Source: Spironucleus salmonicida
Taxonomy: Eukaryota
Length of the DNA stretch: 64,000 bases
Direction of reading: 5' to 3'
Assembly (NCBI RefSeq): GCF_000497125.1
Contig: NC_090602.1
Coordinates: 372,001-436,000 of the forward strand
A program made the translations under genes and the position numbers. Of this stretch, positions 1 through 12,445 are shown piece by piece. How positions within the stretch are numbered: the first letter of the stretch is position 1; each line of letters starts with the position of its first letter. Under the pieces are notes generated by a model that did not search any database, was not told the DNA's origin, and was given only the letters and a program-made list of their open reading frames with translations.

Positions 1-1
1 A

Positions 2-940
2 AATCTCTTAAATCAGCTAAAATACTAAGTTACTTTCTCTGTGATAGTTGATGTAAGCCTATGAGCGCCATGTTTAAAATAGTTCATTTGCTGATTTTGT
101 TTCAATTCCCTCACAACATTTTAACCACTTAACCATAGGTATGACATCTGTCCAATTTTCGTCTAATTAGTTAAAGAAACCAGCTATAAGAGGGTCATCA
201 TCCAATCCACAATTTCTGAAAAATCTGACTGCATCTGATCCTGCAAATGTGAAATATGCATCTTTTTCTTCAGATTCAAACATTGTTGATTTAATTAATC
301 TTCTGCCTAACTTTAAAGCCTAAAATCTACATCTAACACCAATATAAACTAATTAAGATATGTTTATTTTACCTTATACTTAATCTACAATATCCTTAAA
401 CTGGAACGTTGCTGCTCCAATAATTTTGTCCTTTTCACGAAGTTTGAATGTTTCTGGCTTAACAAGATTAATATCATCTTTATTTCCTCTAATTTTTTCA
501 GAAAGACCTGGAAATTTTGACTTAACTAATTTATCAAAATTCGATTTTTTGCGATTTGTGATAAATTCTTCACATTTAAGGAGGAGATCAACACCATTAT
601 CGTCTAAATCAGAGTTCTCTGAAAAGTCAGAAAATGGTAGGTTTTGTTTATGTTAATATCTTCTTAGCAGTCTTATAGGTTTTTTGGAAAAATCTTAGCG
701 TACCGCCTCTTCAGTTCTTGATATTATTATAGTAAATGAGTTCTCTGTCATAATATCTCGTTCTATATCCTCGTGAGGAACATTTGGAAGAACGTGAGAA
801 TAAAGAGATGTTAATGCATATATTAAGTCTTAATTATGCGATATTTATCCTGATGATATCTTTTATGCTATGCATGGAAGCGGCTAACCACCATATTAAT
901 ATAAAAGAGTTGTGTTATACGGCAATGGCTCGTTTGACAT
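2..940 (-). CDS. Gcn5-like GNAT acetyltransferase-domain protein (3' end runs off the window)
   Basis: Code-6 ORF from ATG at 940. LTSLYSHVLPNVPHEDIERDI, ISQLVYIGVRCRFQALKLGRRLI (motif A) and YFTFAGSDAVRFFRNCGL (motif B) resemble the Gcn5 HAT core. Confidence 0.75.
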
Positions 941-1238
941 TTTAAATTTTGAAAAGCCAAATTCTTATAAAGTATATGATATTTATTATCTGAGCCTAAA
1001 ATTATTGGCTTTAAAATATTTCTAATAGGTCATTTTATAAGAGTATAACATTCATAGATATAAAAATTGAAAATAATGTGATAATTCATATTTTTGCACG
1101 TAAAAATTTATTATAAATTTATTCTATTGTCTAGCTTAGTGCAAATTATAGTATGTTGATAGAGTAGTGTTAAAAAATGCCTAAGAATATCCTCAACTTT
1201 ACGTCTAACATTTTACTTAAATATTCTATATTTCACCA

Positions 1239-1436
1239 TCACTCTTTCTTTAAATCGTTGTATTACCTAAGCTAGTCGTAATTTTAAGAATTTAATATTT
1301 ACTAATTAAAAAATATTTATTTTTATTATTCAGATTTATTTTCATATACTTAAGGTTATTCATATTACTGATATTATAATATTATCATCCTTGCTTAAAA
1401 ATTACGCTTATATACAAAATACTATATGATATTCAT
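1239..1436 (-). CDS. Small Gln-rich hypothetical protein (65 aa)
   Basis: ATG to GAG-TGA code-6 ORF with many in-frame TAA/TAG; ends in the AGTGA context typical of real genes here. Confidence 0.4.
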
Positions 1437-1470
1437 TTAAAAATACTAAAATATACTAAATTTAACTATA

Positions 1471-2520
1471 TCAACACATACATTCATTTATCAAGTCGCT
1501 AACCAGCATCATTTGGCGATCTCCTGCTGACTAAACTCCTTGTAAATGTTCTAAAATATCTTCAAGTGTTAAAAATTACTCCAAAATTAAGCCTTTAATA
1601 AATCCTAACAAATGTATAATAATAGTAACGTTATTTAAGTTTCTGGTCATACAAATCCAAACGTTATCTACAACATCATTATCTTCCAAAAATTCTTATA
1701 AAAATTAATCTAAATAACAGCTCATCTCTTCTAAACAAATTGCAGCATAAGTTATAATTTTGATATCAGTTGACTCTAAACCTTTCAAGATTAATTAAAT
1801 AACTTTCTCAGTAAATAGATATTTATAATCCTTTACGGAATTAGAAATAAGCCATAAATATAATCCAATATCATTATCTGCGAATTGTGAAATTATAAAA
1901 AATATTGGTGTATTAAAAATAATATCAAGATTTGATCTTCTAAAAGAAATAGTGGCAACTAAATCCAAGGCCTCAGAGAATATATCTTATTGTAAAAATG
2001 GAATTATAGACAGAATTTAGTTTTCGGTAACTAAGTTAGCTAAAGTATTCTTGTCACAGGAAATAGACAATGAGGCTAGCCCTTAATGACTAAATTTTAA
2101 GGATTCAAATAGGGTATTTTGTATTTAAATGTTTGATTCAAATTTTTATAGATAAAAATAGCACAGTTATTATCCTTATACTATAAAATCTTCTTGAGAA
2201 AGACTGGTAATAATAATTTATTGCAAAAACTATATTAATTCAGTGTTTTTTGATTTTGTATGCTATGCAGTTGCTATTGAAATTTATAGCAATTCTCTCG
2301 ACACTGATTCATTGTAAAAATTCATTATTATTTTATCAGAATATCTGTATTAACAGAAAATAATGGCATGCTCTAAAGAAATACTAGTGTTATAGAAATT
2401 TTCCCAATTAATTGTATTTACGGTTGGAAAATTTTATAATACTAATTAATCTATATAGTCTTACGAATATATCGGTGTTTAAAACTTTTTCTGAAGGTAT
2501 ATTAGCCTTGGAGCTGGCAT
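1471..2520 (-). CDS. Hypothetical helical (ARM/HEAT-like) protein, 349 aa
   Basis: Continuous code-6 [13 protein letters not shown]...INECMC*; Leu/Ile-rich amphipathic pattern. Confidence 0.7.
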
Positions 2521-2579
2521 TCAAAATTAATATAAGTAATATAGTATTTATTAATATATGTTTTTAAATATAAATATGA

Positions 2580-3449
2580 TCAATCGAGCATGAAGTTTTT
2601 GAGAATCTATTTAGTCTCATCGTCATAAGCAAAGAGATTAAACATTTGTGCTTCCATATCACTTATATCATTACCAAGTACAAGTACACTGTGTAAAGGT
2701 TCTCCCATTATTTCATCTGGTAACATGGCCATCGTTTTTATAGGTGCACATAAATATTTTTCAGCATCAGTACCAACTCTCATTAAAGCCACTGCTAATG
2801 AATCAATATTAAATTTTGATTCAAATTTCTTTTCGTTAAGAACTTCAACAATCTATTTTGCACAAAGATTACTCAACATATACCTAGGAGGATCATATCT
2901 CTCTACACCTTTTATATAGGCTTTTATATTCATTTCTTTTGTTTTAATATCCATTAACATGAGTGAATGGAGTCCCATATTATAATTTTAAACTATTTTA
3001 TCAACGAAAGATGCAGGTCTAATATTTTCATCAAAGAATGGGACGGAAATAGTTCTACCAACTTTGTATATTTCAACACCAGACGCAGCTATAGAATTAA
3101 TAATAGAAGCATTTGGTATAACTTTAACTTAAATGCCTTATTTTACTGCTCTTAGATAAAGATCAGAATGGGTTGTAGCACACATTGCATCGCCTACCAC
3201 TAATAATGCTACATTTCTGTCTCTGGCTGGATCTAATATTTTGTATTCTTCAGTTTCAATAAGTTTTCTATCAGCTTATTATATTTCACGATTTTCCAAG
3301 GTTTCCTCTAATAGCTCCTTCATCTGCTCAAATGAAACTAATATTGAAGTATAAGCATCTAAAAATATAGTATCACAAGATTTGATAATCTTCAGAGCAC
3401 GTAATGAAAGTGAATCTGGTGTCAAGCCAGTACCAATAAAGTAAAGCAT
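2580..3449 (-). CDS. DPH5: Diphthine methyl ester synthase
   Basis: [62 protein letters not shown]; 289 aa in code 6. Confidence 0.96.
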
Positions 3450-3488
3450 TCAGGGAATGGTAAAATAATATATTAATATTATTATATA

Positions 3489-4382
3489 TCAAATTCCCAT
3501 TTTTATTGATATTGGAGGTAGTTTTGCCGAATTAATTTTACCGTTAATTGTCAACGGTGCCAATGGTTTCTATTATCTGAGCCGAGGGGTGATTTGTAAT
3601 TCTTCATCATCGTCTACTCCCTCGTCTAAATTTGCATTTCGTGATTTAATAACCTCTTCGCGCTTCATTTCAACTTTATTTTTTATAAAATTTTCCTTAA
3701 ACTGAAACCTTGTAATGCAGACAGCTACTCGCAAATTAACAAAAGGACACTTCTTAACAGCGAAAATTTCACGTTTACTGAGCTTTCCACTCTCTTAAAG
3801 CCGTTCTTACCGTTCAATAAATGTGAACGTCGTCTCCTTCTATAAAATAAGCTTGAAGTGCATCAAAGATAGCTGGAATGTAAAAATAAAGAAAAACAGT
3901 TGTACAATAATCTAAGCTGCACTGGCTAAAATTACAACTAAATCCGAATTCAAGAACCCAAAAATTGAAACGATAAACTCGTAAATAGCTGCTAAAGCTG
4001 TGGTGCAGACGAAAATAATGAATAGTATATAATTTTTACTCCCAATACATGTGTTTAAATAGTGGCAGTGGTGGTCAAAATCATGTACACACTTGTCGCA
4101 GTACAGGCAATGCTAGGTACGCACAGTTACAAGCTAGGTGCATATTAAACACTTGTTCTGTAGCTTATAATTTTATTTTTGATAATAAATAGGATTAATA
4201 GAAACCAGAGTCGTAAAAAGTACTATTTGAAACACGCTTGCCAAAACTGAAGAAATGAGCCAAATTATGTTAATATGGATGCTGATAAAAATAGACAATG
4301 TAGGATTGATAAAGATAACGAACGTGCACGTAAGAATAAATTGCCAAGAATACGGCCTGCTCCAGCCTGAATTTCTAATCAT
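3489..4382 (-). CDS. DHHC palmitoyl acyltransferase
   Basis: [41 protein letters not shown] flanked by TM helices; 297 aa. Confidence 0.95.
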
Positions 4383-4421
4383 TTTAAAATATAGTATTAT
4401 TATATATTTATAAAGTCAATA

Positions 4422-5144
4422 TCATATTTCGTCCTTTTTCAGAATTTTCACAACTTCACCCACCCACTCATCGAGCATTTGCTCATTCCCACCGATGAAC
4501 AGGCTTCCCAGGTGTTCCCAAGGATAAAAGTTCACATTTCCGCCAAAAATTATTATCGCGTTCACGCCGTCCTCGTCAAGTTTGTCGAAAAAGTTAACTT
4601 TTTGGTAGGCCTGGAATCGCTCAAAGCTGAAGTCATTCTGCACGACGAGCTGGATGTTGTTGGCACGCATTCTGTCTGCAAATTCGTAGTAAAACCAATC
4701 TATTTCGGGAGTCTTGCATGTCAAAATCAGGAAATTTCCGCCCAGTAGGCCTTCCTGAATCTGCAGCAAAAGCTGCAAAATTTCGTCGGTGTCCTTCACC
4801 GTTACGAAGTTGTTCCGCACGTTTTCGACGACCCAGTCCAGGATTTGGTCCGAATCGGACTCACCGAAGTACTGAATAGGCGCCGGAGACTCCTGGTTGG
4901 AGTTGTACAGGTAAATAGCCGGAAATTCTATGCTTTGTGAGCAGTTTTTTGCCGAGCAGTTGACAGCGTAAGCTTTGTATGGAGCAAAGTCAGATTCTAT
5001 AGTTTCTAGCTCTTCCTGAAGCAGGGTCGATGATTTTGAGTCGTGCTTAGTATATATGGTAACAAACGAGGTATTTAGCGCTGCTGCTCGCTTAATTTTG
5101 GCAGGTGTAGTAAACTATAGAGAGAATGCAGCAAAGAGGATCAT
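4422..5144 (-). CDS. Secretory thioredoxin-fold (PDI-like, non-catalytic) protein
   Basis: Signal-like MILFAAFSL; AVNC...C...IEFPAIYLY...YFGE..SDQILDWV is a Trx-fold pattern with no CxxC; C-terminal KDEI. Confidence 0.6.
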
Positions 5145-5202
5145 TATTAGTATAGATTAGTATTTATATATAAGTGTATATTAATTAGTGCAAGACGAAA
5201 AA

Positions 5203-5481
5203 TCACGAATTAAAAATAAGATAAGCTACTAATAATACAGCTATAACGAAAATCAGAAAAATTAAGCCCTATAACCATGAATTATTTTTTTCGTTGAACA
5301 TGAGCTTCTCTTATAGATCTTTAATTAGATCAATATCTTTTTCTTTTGATATTCTTAGCTATTCCACAGTAGCAAGGGCAGCAGTAAGATGTTATTTTAG
5401 TTCAGTATTTTCAATTTATAATTATTCGGCAGTTGCTGACAAAAGTTTGAACTAATTTGTAAATTCAACAAACGAATCCAT
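5203..5481 (-). CDS. Small tail-anchored coiled-coil protein (SNARE-like topology)
   Basis: 92 aa; heptad-rich region then C-terminal TM WLQGLIFLIFVIAVLLVAYLIF. Confidence 0.65.
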
Positions 5482-5720
5482 TTTTCAAATTCTAATATTT
5501 CTAATATTTAAATATAATAATCACTAATTTAACGAATTAATAATTGGAGTCCAATATATTTTTAAATTTTCTATATGCTTTTTGGTCTAGTTATGTGCAT
5601 CAATAAATCTATTGGCTTAACTCTTAAGCATTAATTTGCAATAGTGGCAATAGAATTTTCTTTTTGATGACATTTTATATAAAGAATATAATAATAATAT
5701 ATTATAATTTATATAATTTA

Positions 5721-5873
5721 ATGAAATGCTAGCCCATGCTTCCTAAAGATCCTTAACCGAAAACTAATACATTTCCAATAGAATTTCTTATGCGCCACTC
5801 ATAATAAAAGAAAGATATAAAATGGGAAAAAACAACTGAACTTGGATCTTAATTTGACAATTTTGAGCTTTGA
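5721..5873 (+). CDS. Hypothetical microprotein (50 aa)
   Basis: MKCQPMLPKDPQPKTNTFPIEFLMRHSQQKKDIKWEKTTELGSQFDNFEL*; directly preceded by an AT-only promoter-like tract. Confidence 0.5.
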
Positions 5874-5930
5874 TGATTGATATATTTATTATATATTATT
5901 ATTAATTTCTCTTCACTTTTCACTTCAACA

Positions 5931-6383
5931 ATGTCAGCCGAATTTAATCCTAAAACAGTATTAAGAATCCGTAATCTTCCTCCATCTTTTGCAGAATTTC
6001 CTCTGATGAAATTCTTTTCATAGTTTGGAAACGTTAAGAAAATTAAAGTAGGTCGGTCTCCTAAAACTTTACGCTCAAAAGGCTATGCTTATGTATAATT
6101 TGAAGATGCTGGTGTGGCATTTGAAGCATAGAAAGCAACTGATGGATATTTATTGTAATGTAGCGTCTTAAAAGTAGATTAGTTGGAGAAAGGAGCTGAG
6201 GGCATGTTGAAACCAGTTAGATACAATGGATGTAAAGAAAAGTTCTTAAATTAAGCGAATATAGAAACTACAGAAGAATCTAGAAAGTAATGGATTGAAA
6301 GACTGCAAAAAATAAAGAATAAATGGGCTAGTATCATAGAAAACTCTGGAATTTAATACATTGTAGACGATATTGTTTTGTGA
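5931..6383 (+). CDS. NOP15: RRM protein, Nop15/NIFK-like ribosome biogenesis factor
   Basis: VLRIRNLP, FFSQFGNV, GRSPKTLRSKGYAYVQFED..VA..A....DGYLL; 150 aa. Confidence 0.8.
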
Positions 6384-7139
6384 AAGTTATCCTTTGTTTT
6401 TCTTTATAGAATCAATATCTATTAAATAACGTGTGATTATTCATTGTAGTCATTTATATCTAAGTAAGCTAAAATTATATTAACTTGAAAACTCTAAGTT
6501 ATGCTTTCATTAAAAATAATAATATATTAAAGTAACTATTTAACTATTATAAGCGCGTTTAATTATATAAATATCTCACTCTGTAGTAATAAAATATAAT
6601 CATTCTATTTAATAATATTTTCATATAATAATAGAGTAATCTATACTCGTAAACTTGATAACACAAAATAATGATGACAAAACATAACGATAGTCAAATG
6701 CATTAGAATTTGTATATAAGGTATACTCACTCAGATATTAGCTTAGAATTATAAGATGTTCATATAAATCTCTTCTGTAATTACTATTTGCTTTATTCTT
6801 CTTTGATGCAAGCTACATTGTGATTATTAAGGATCATGCCATCCTTTGTTAACAAAACAAACTTTACACGAATGCAAAGTATGATTATTAGCAAGTATAC
6901 AGTATATTTAATTGGTCAAAAGGAATTTTTCGTCAACTACCTATTTATACTTCATATTAGCAACTTATGAATTTAAAGTATAGTATTAATTATTATTTCA
7001 AGATACTGACTGTAATCTAAAAATATATATGATTTATATGGATCGTATAAATCAAAAGTTTACTTAAAATAAGGATTACTAGGTTGTAAAACCATCTGAT
7101 AATATTAATTTAACATTATTGTAATTCGAAGAATTAGTA

Positions 7140-7457
7140 TCACTCGAAAGGAACTTCAAAATCAACATTAAAAGAACTTATGTAAACACTGAAGTGGCGT
7201 CTGAATGAAATCATAAAATATTTTGCTGCCTTTTTATGATTGAACAAACCTTTTCCATGGATTCTATTATATACCAATGCGATGTTGAACATGAATCTAT
7301 GTCCATTCGTAATTTCCTTCTATTCTCTTAATTTCAAATACAAATATACTGAATGGGCCTTACTTTGTATTTCTTGATCATACGTGTGTGTGAGAACGTA
7401 CTTAAAGGCTTGGTAATATTTTTCATCTTTTATAGACCGCTTAGTAACCGGGGCCAT
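7140..7457 (-). CDS. Small basic hypothetical protein (possibly divergent Myb/SANT-like), 105 aa
   Basis: MAPVTKRS...YYQAFKYVL...KKAAKYFMISFRRHF...PFE*; ends GAG-TGA. Fold guess is weak. Confidence 0.55.
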
Positions 7458-8440
7458 TAACCGGATAGGAGTGACAGATGATATATATAATATAAAATTA
7501 AATTTTAAAACTATGATATAAAGCAACATATGATAAATAATATCTCCATTTTTTCTATGTGGAGATAAAAATGTAAATTTATTTGCTATTTTTTAAGCAT
7601 ATAAAGTTCCCATTTAATACCTGTTAATAAGCACGATAGTTAACAGTATGTCTGATATTGCTTTAGATGTTATTTAAGTGACTCTAGACTCGTTTTATTT
7701 ATAAATTTAAAATAAAAATGCATTCCGTATATTAATTCTTTATTTTGTTATATAAAAGGACTGCAATGTCTTAATTTAGCCTAATTAATGCATAATATCA
7801 AACAAATTCAATCAAACAAAACAGGTAAAAGTCAAGTTCAGCAGATTTTCTAATTTTGCATTATAGAGGTTGGTAAAGTGCAAATTGATACTTACTTATA
7901 TATTTATGTTAGTAAGCCCTTTTCATTTTTGTAACTTTATGAATATTATTAAAAAAATTATTAACACAGGTCAAATATACATTTTTATAATTTAGACAAT
8001 AGTTAACACTTTACTAATAATTATAAGTTACTTTGTCAAAGTTTTAATTTTTACTATAATTTTAAGTATATTAACTAACTATTCAATAAGTTTGTAATAA
8101 GTTAAAAAAAGAATCCCATATACTTGATTGCTTGTAAAATTTGGAAATTTTTCCAAACTATAACAATTCATTAAATCGTTGTAAATTTGCGGTTTAAGTT
8201 AGAAGATGATCATATATGCAAGTGGATAGTTATTTTCTATATAAACTGTTAATAACTTTAAAATTATATTACTTATTGCAGTTTTTTGAGAAATTCAATT
8301 GGTTATTTAACCCAGATATTTTAAATAATGATAAACATCAATATAGCCTTCAGAATCATTATTATTATCTATTCAATTTTTAGGTTCGTATAAATCTAAT
8401 TAATTGTCGTTAAATTTTATCCATAAACGTAAATATTCAA

Positions 8441-9040
8441 ATGGTAGAAAATTTTTATAACCATATAATTTTTCACATCTTAAAGGATATTAATACTCTG
8501 TTTAACTAAAATAAACAATATTAATAAACTAAGTAAATAAAATTTTTAATAAAATTATCAACTTTATTTATTCTTCAGATTTTAATAATATTACAATTTA
8601 TTGTATAAAGACACTAGTATTTATTATAATTAGTTTTATATTGCTGGGCTATTACATTTATATCTACTTAATGTGAACTAACTTTTAATTCTATATTATT
8701 ATTTTACGAACATTAGTTTGGTATAGTAGAAACTAGAAGATGCCCAAATTAAGTGTTATCCAATAACTTTGATCTATACATTTTGGTATATTACTTATTA
8801 ACTGCTAAATTTAGTATAAAACTTGGATAATAATAAATAATTTATTCATGTTTTTACTATATATTTTGTTTGTGCCTTTTAAAATACAAAATACTATTGT
8901 TTGTATAAGTATATATAAAATATAAAGCAAGTTAATAACTTTAAGTTAAATTATTTGAGAATGAAGTGTGTACACATTATCTTAATGTTTATGTAATAAT
9001 TTTATTTCTTTAAGCTTTACAATAATATGGTTAATAGTGA
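8441..9040 (+). CDS. Doubtful hydrophobic ORF (199 aa)
   Basis: Open in code 6 and ends TAG-TGA, but F/L/I/Y-rich with no motif; long ORFs arise by chance with a single stop codon. Confidence 0.25.
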
Positions 9041-9135
9041 CTGGTAATAATTTTTGAGTTAAACCATTTATTTTATTTTCATATAAAATGCTAAGTCTTA
9101 ATATTTAAAAATATTTATTACTAAAATCACTTAAT

Positions 9136-10677
9136 TCAATTTCGTAAAATTTTTAATACTTCTTCTAAACTTATTCTAGAGTTATCATCAATAGATAACA
9201 TTTGAATAGCTAAATTCTTCAAAAGAGTATCCTAAATGCAGCTAAAGTCAATAGTGAAATCTCCATCTTTTAATCGTTAAATAAATACCAAAGGAGTCTT
9301 TGTTTACTTAAGTAATTAATCAAATGGAGATCTGCCGCATGCCATTTCGTAAAGTATACAGCCAATACTCCATACATCACTAGCTCTATGAATACGAGCC
9401 CCTTTAATGCCATACTAAGACCTGATTACTTCTGGTGCCATATATTTAGGAGTACCTGATAATGAATCACGAATAACTGTTGTCTATTAAGATTACATTT
9501 CCTTACTAATACCAAAATCAATTAGAACTAATTTAGCTTAGTAAAACATATAATTATGAGGTTTAAGATCGCCATGAATAAATCCACACTAATGCATTTA
9601 CATAGTAGTTTCCGCCATATCTTCAACCAAAGATAAAACTTTAGCCTTTGAAAGCCGGATATTTTATTTTAAATATGTGCGCAAATCTATATCTCCTAAC
9701 TAAAGCACAATATATCCTTATGTTTCAGTAAATTAATATTATTAAATATCTAAAGTTATTCCTTTCCCTTTAAGTTTCTCTAATATTTAAATTTCTGAGA
9801 TTATGGCCTTTTTGCCACAAAGTTCATCATTCTCATCTTTTAGATCAATTACTTTTAAAGCAAATTATTAAAGATCTGGGGTCATAGTTTAGTAAACAGT
9901 AGCAGACCCACCTGAACCTAATGGCCGTAGCCCTATATATTTTATCCCATTAACGTTAAATACTTTTGATTTACTAACAGTTTATTACTTTTGTTATTAA
10001 TTTTATATAAATTACTATTACTATTAAGATTATGATGGTTTTTACTGAATTTAATTCTAATTTACTTAGCTAAATTAATATTATTGTAAAGATTAAATGG
10101 GTTATTATGGTTGCAATGGTTACTAAATAGAACTAGGTTAATAGTTTTATTAAAAAATATTAATAGCTGGCTATGATTATAAAACTTAATGTTTTTATAT
10201 AATTTATTAATAAGGCTACTACTAATATTAGGTTGTAAATACTTATGCTTATTTCAGCGAATTTATAGTAGATTAATGCTCCACAATCTATTATATTAAC
10301 GGAGATTTAATAGTTTTAATATATTAACTTTATTCATGTTTCTTATCTGGAACATTATGAAAAGCCGTTTGTGCTGAAATACTTACTGGTGAATTTTCCT
10401 CGCTAGTTGCTTTTTCAAATTACTAAGTCTTGGTTTTAGCTAATGGAGAAGCTGGAGGTTAAAATTGTGCGGTAATTAATGTAATATTTGGTTTCCATTC
10501 CTAAGTTAATGTTGATAATTTATCTTATAAAGACTATAAAGGCTGAGTCTCAATAGCATCTGAAAAACTGATTTTAGATGGAGGTTCTTCTGTTCTATAT
10601 TCATCAGATTCTCTATATATAGCACGTGGTCTATCTCTACTAAATATTGATTGGAACTTCTTTTTCTTTTCATCCAT
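9136..10677 (-). CDS. MPS1: Mps1/TTK-family protein kinase
   Basis: LGSGGSATVY, FALKVIDL, LGDIDL, IHGDLKPHN, LIDFGIS...TTVIRDSLSGTPKYMAPE, ASDVWSIGCILYEM; Q/P-rich N-terminus; 513 aa. Confidence 0.85.
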
Positions 10678-10802
10678 TAAAATTAACAGAATTTTAGTTA
10701 CTTATTATTATATAGGATATTAATAATACATTTCCTCCATTTTATCAACTCAAAAAATATAATTATTATATTGTTTTATATATTCCGCTTCAATTTCCCA
10801 AA

Positions 10803-11921
10803 ATGTCCCTATTAGAATCAGACTCAAAAACTGTAAAATCTGCCACAATTAACTCTAGAGGAACTAATTATTTATTAACATCAATTATTTAACACAACTA
10901 ATTATAAATTTCATTGGAAAATAATAATACACTAGATCGTTGGTCACGGTCATTCTCTGCGAAGCAGCTAGACGAGCTTACAGCGAAAGCAGGTTCATAG
11001 CGTAAATTTTCCATATTTATTAATATGTTACTTTCTGCGATGGATGTTGGAAGACATTCAGAAACACTTAAAATTGATGTTAAAACACCTCAAGAACTCA
11101 TTGAAGCAACAAAATAGAACCAGACATTATTGTAGGCAGAACAAGCTAATAGAATGTTTGTAATTATAGCGTATAAAGCAGAATTTGAAGCAATTTTTTA
11201 CCCACTTACTTTAGATAAGGTCAACTATGACCTTTAAAATTAAAATGAAGCCTACCTATTGGAAGCTTATAAGCAATCAAAATAGGAGATAGAGAGGTTA
11301 ACAGAACTAAATAATGAAAATTTAGGTTAGGTAAACTGTCAAAATTGTACTTTTTTAGAGTAAGAAATCAGCAAACTTGAACGCGATCTGGAAATTCACG
11401 AAGAACAGCAATAAGAAAGTCTTAAAGTAGCAAATTTAGCCGTAAAATAAAAAGAGAAATACAAAATTAAGCTTGAAAAGATCAATTCCGAAATGCAAAA
11501 AATTGTAGAATAAAATAGGAGCCTTTTAGAGGATAACAAGAAAATGTACGCGAAACTCACTGGAAAATCACGTGCAAGCTCAAAAACGCAACGGAACGTT
11601 TCCAATGTTAGCTCAAGGGCAAGTTCAAGATCTCAGTCTCCCAGCGTCGACTATTAATCGAGACCCACGCGTAGTCAGATTCTGCAACAACAAATGCGCG
11701 AAAAGAAGGCTAAAGAGGAAGCCAAAAAATAGCGCTCTTACAAAAACGAATCTTTCAGCGACGATTCTCGGATGAGTTCGCGGCGAAGTGTCCAGCGGAG
11801 AACGGAGGAGAGCGACGATAACAGCCGTATCAGCAGGCGAAATTCGAAGTCTGAGAAAATGGACTTGCTCAAAAACGTGAATCAGACCATTCAAGAGCTC
11901 AAGTAACTGGTGCGAAAGTGA
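10803..11921 (+). CDS. CCDC61: CCDC61/VFL3 basal-body protein (SAS6/XRCC4-like head plus coiled coil)
   Basis: WSRSFSAKQLDELTAKAGSQRKFSIFINMLLSA...RMFVIIAYKAEFEAIFYPLTL followed by long coiled coil; 372 aa. Confidence 0.8.
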
Positions 11922-11939
11922 GGTGAATTTGAATTTACA

Positions 11940-12383
11940 TCACTCTGCTAGCTAGGTTTAGATAGTTTTTATTTGGTCCTCTGTGACGAAAAGATCGAAG
12001 TCGAGCCTAGATAAAATGGGAAAAACAAGCTTGAAAATTGGTTTTTCAGCCAGAGCGTACTTTTGCACCAACAAGTCCAGCAGCATTGGCTGGTCGTTTA
12101 GGAACTGATCGACGATGCTCATCAGTGCGTACAGCGCCGTATCGCTATAAAACTCGTTCGTGCTGAGCCTCATAAATAAGATGGATGATACGAGCAGGAA
12201 ATCAGTTCCAAAGCCCTGCTCGACAAATTTCAAGACTTCGTAGAGGACTTCGCTGAACTTTTTGGAAATACCTCGTAGGAAGTCGTAAATATCTTGACCG
12301 ATGTGATTATTCTTAATTTTGTTAGAATTTAGCCGAAGCTGCGTCTAGATCTTACTGGACAAATTTGAGTACGAAAGTTCCAT
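11940..12383 (-). CDS. Small cyclin-like protein (PHO80/cyclin-P-type box), 147 aa
   Basis: LLVSSILFMRL...LYALMSIVDQFLNDQP...FPILSRLDFDLFVTEDQI resembles a single cyclin box. Confidence 0.55.
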
Positions 12384-12445
12384 TTTTATATTTAATACGA
12401 AATGAAATATTAATATTATATACTAATAATAATAAAATTCTATGT

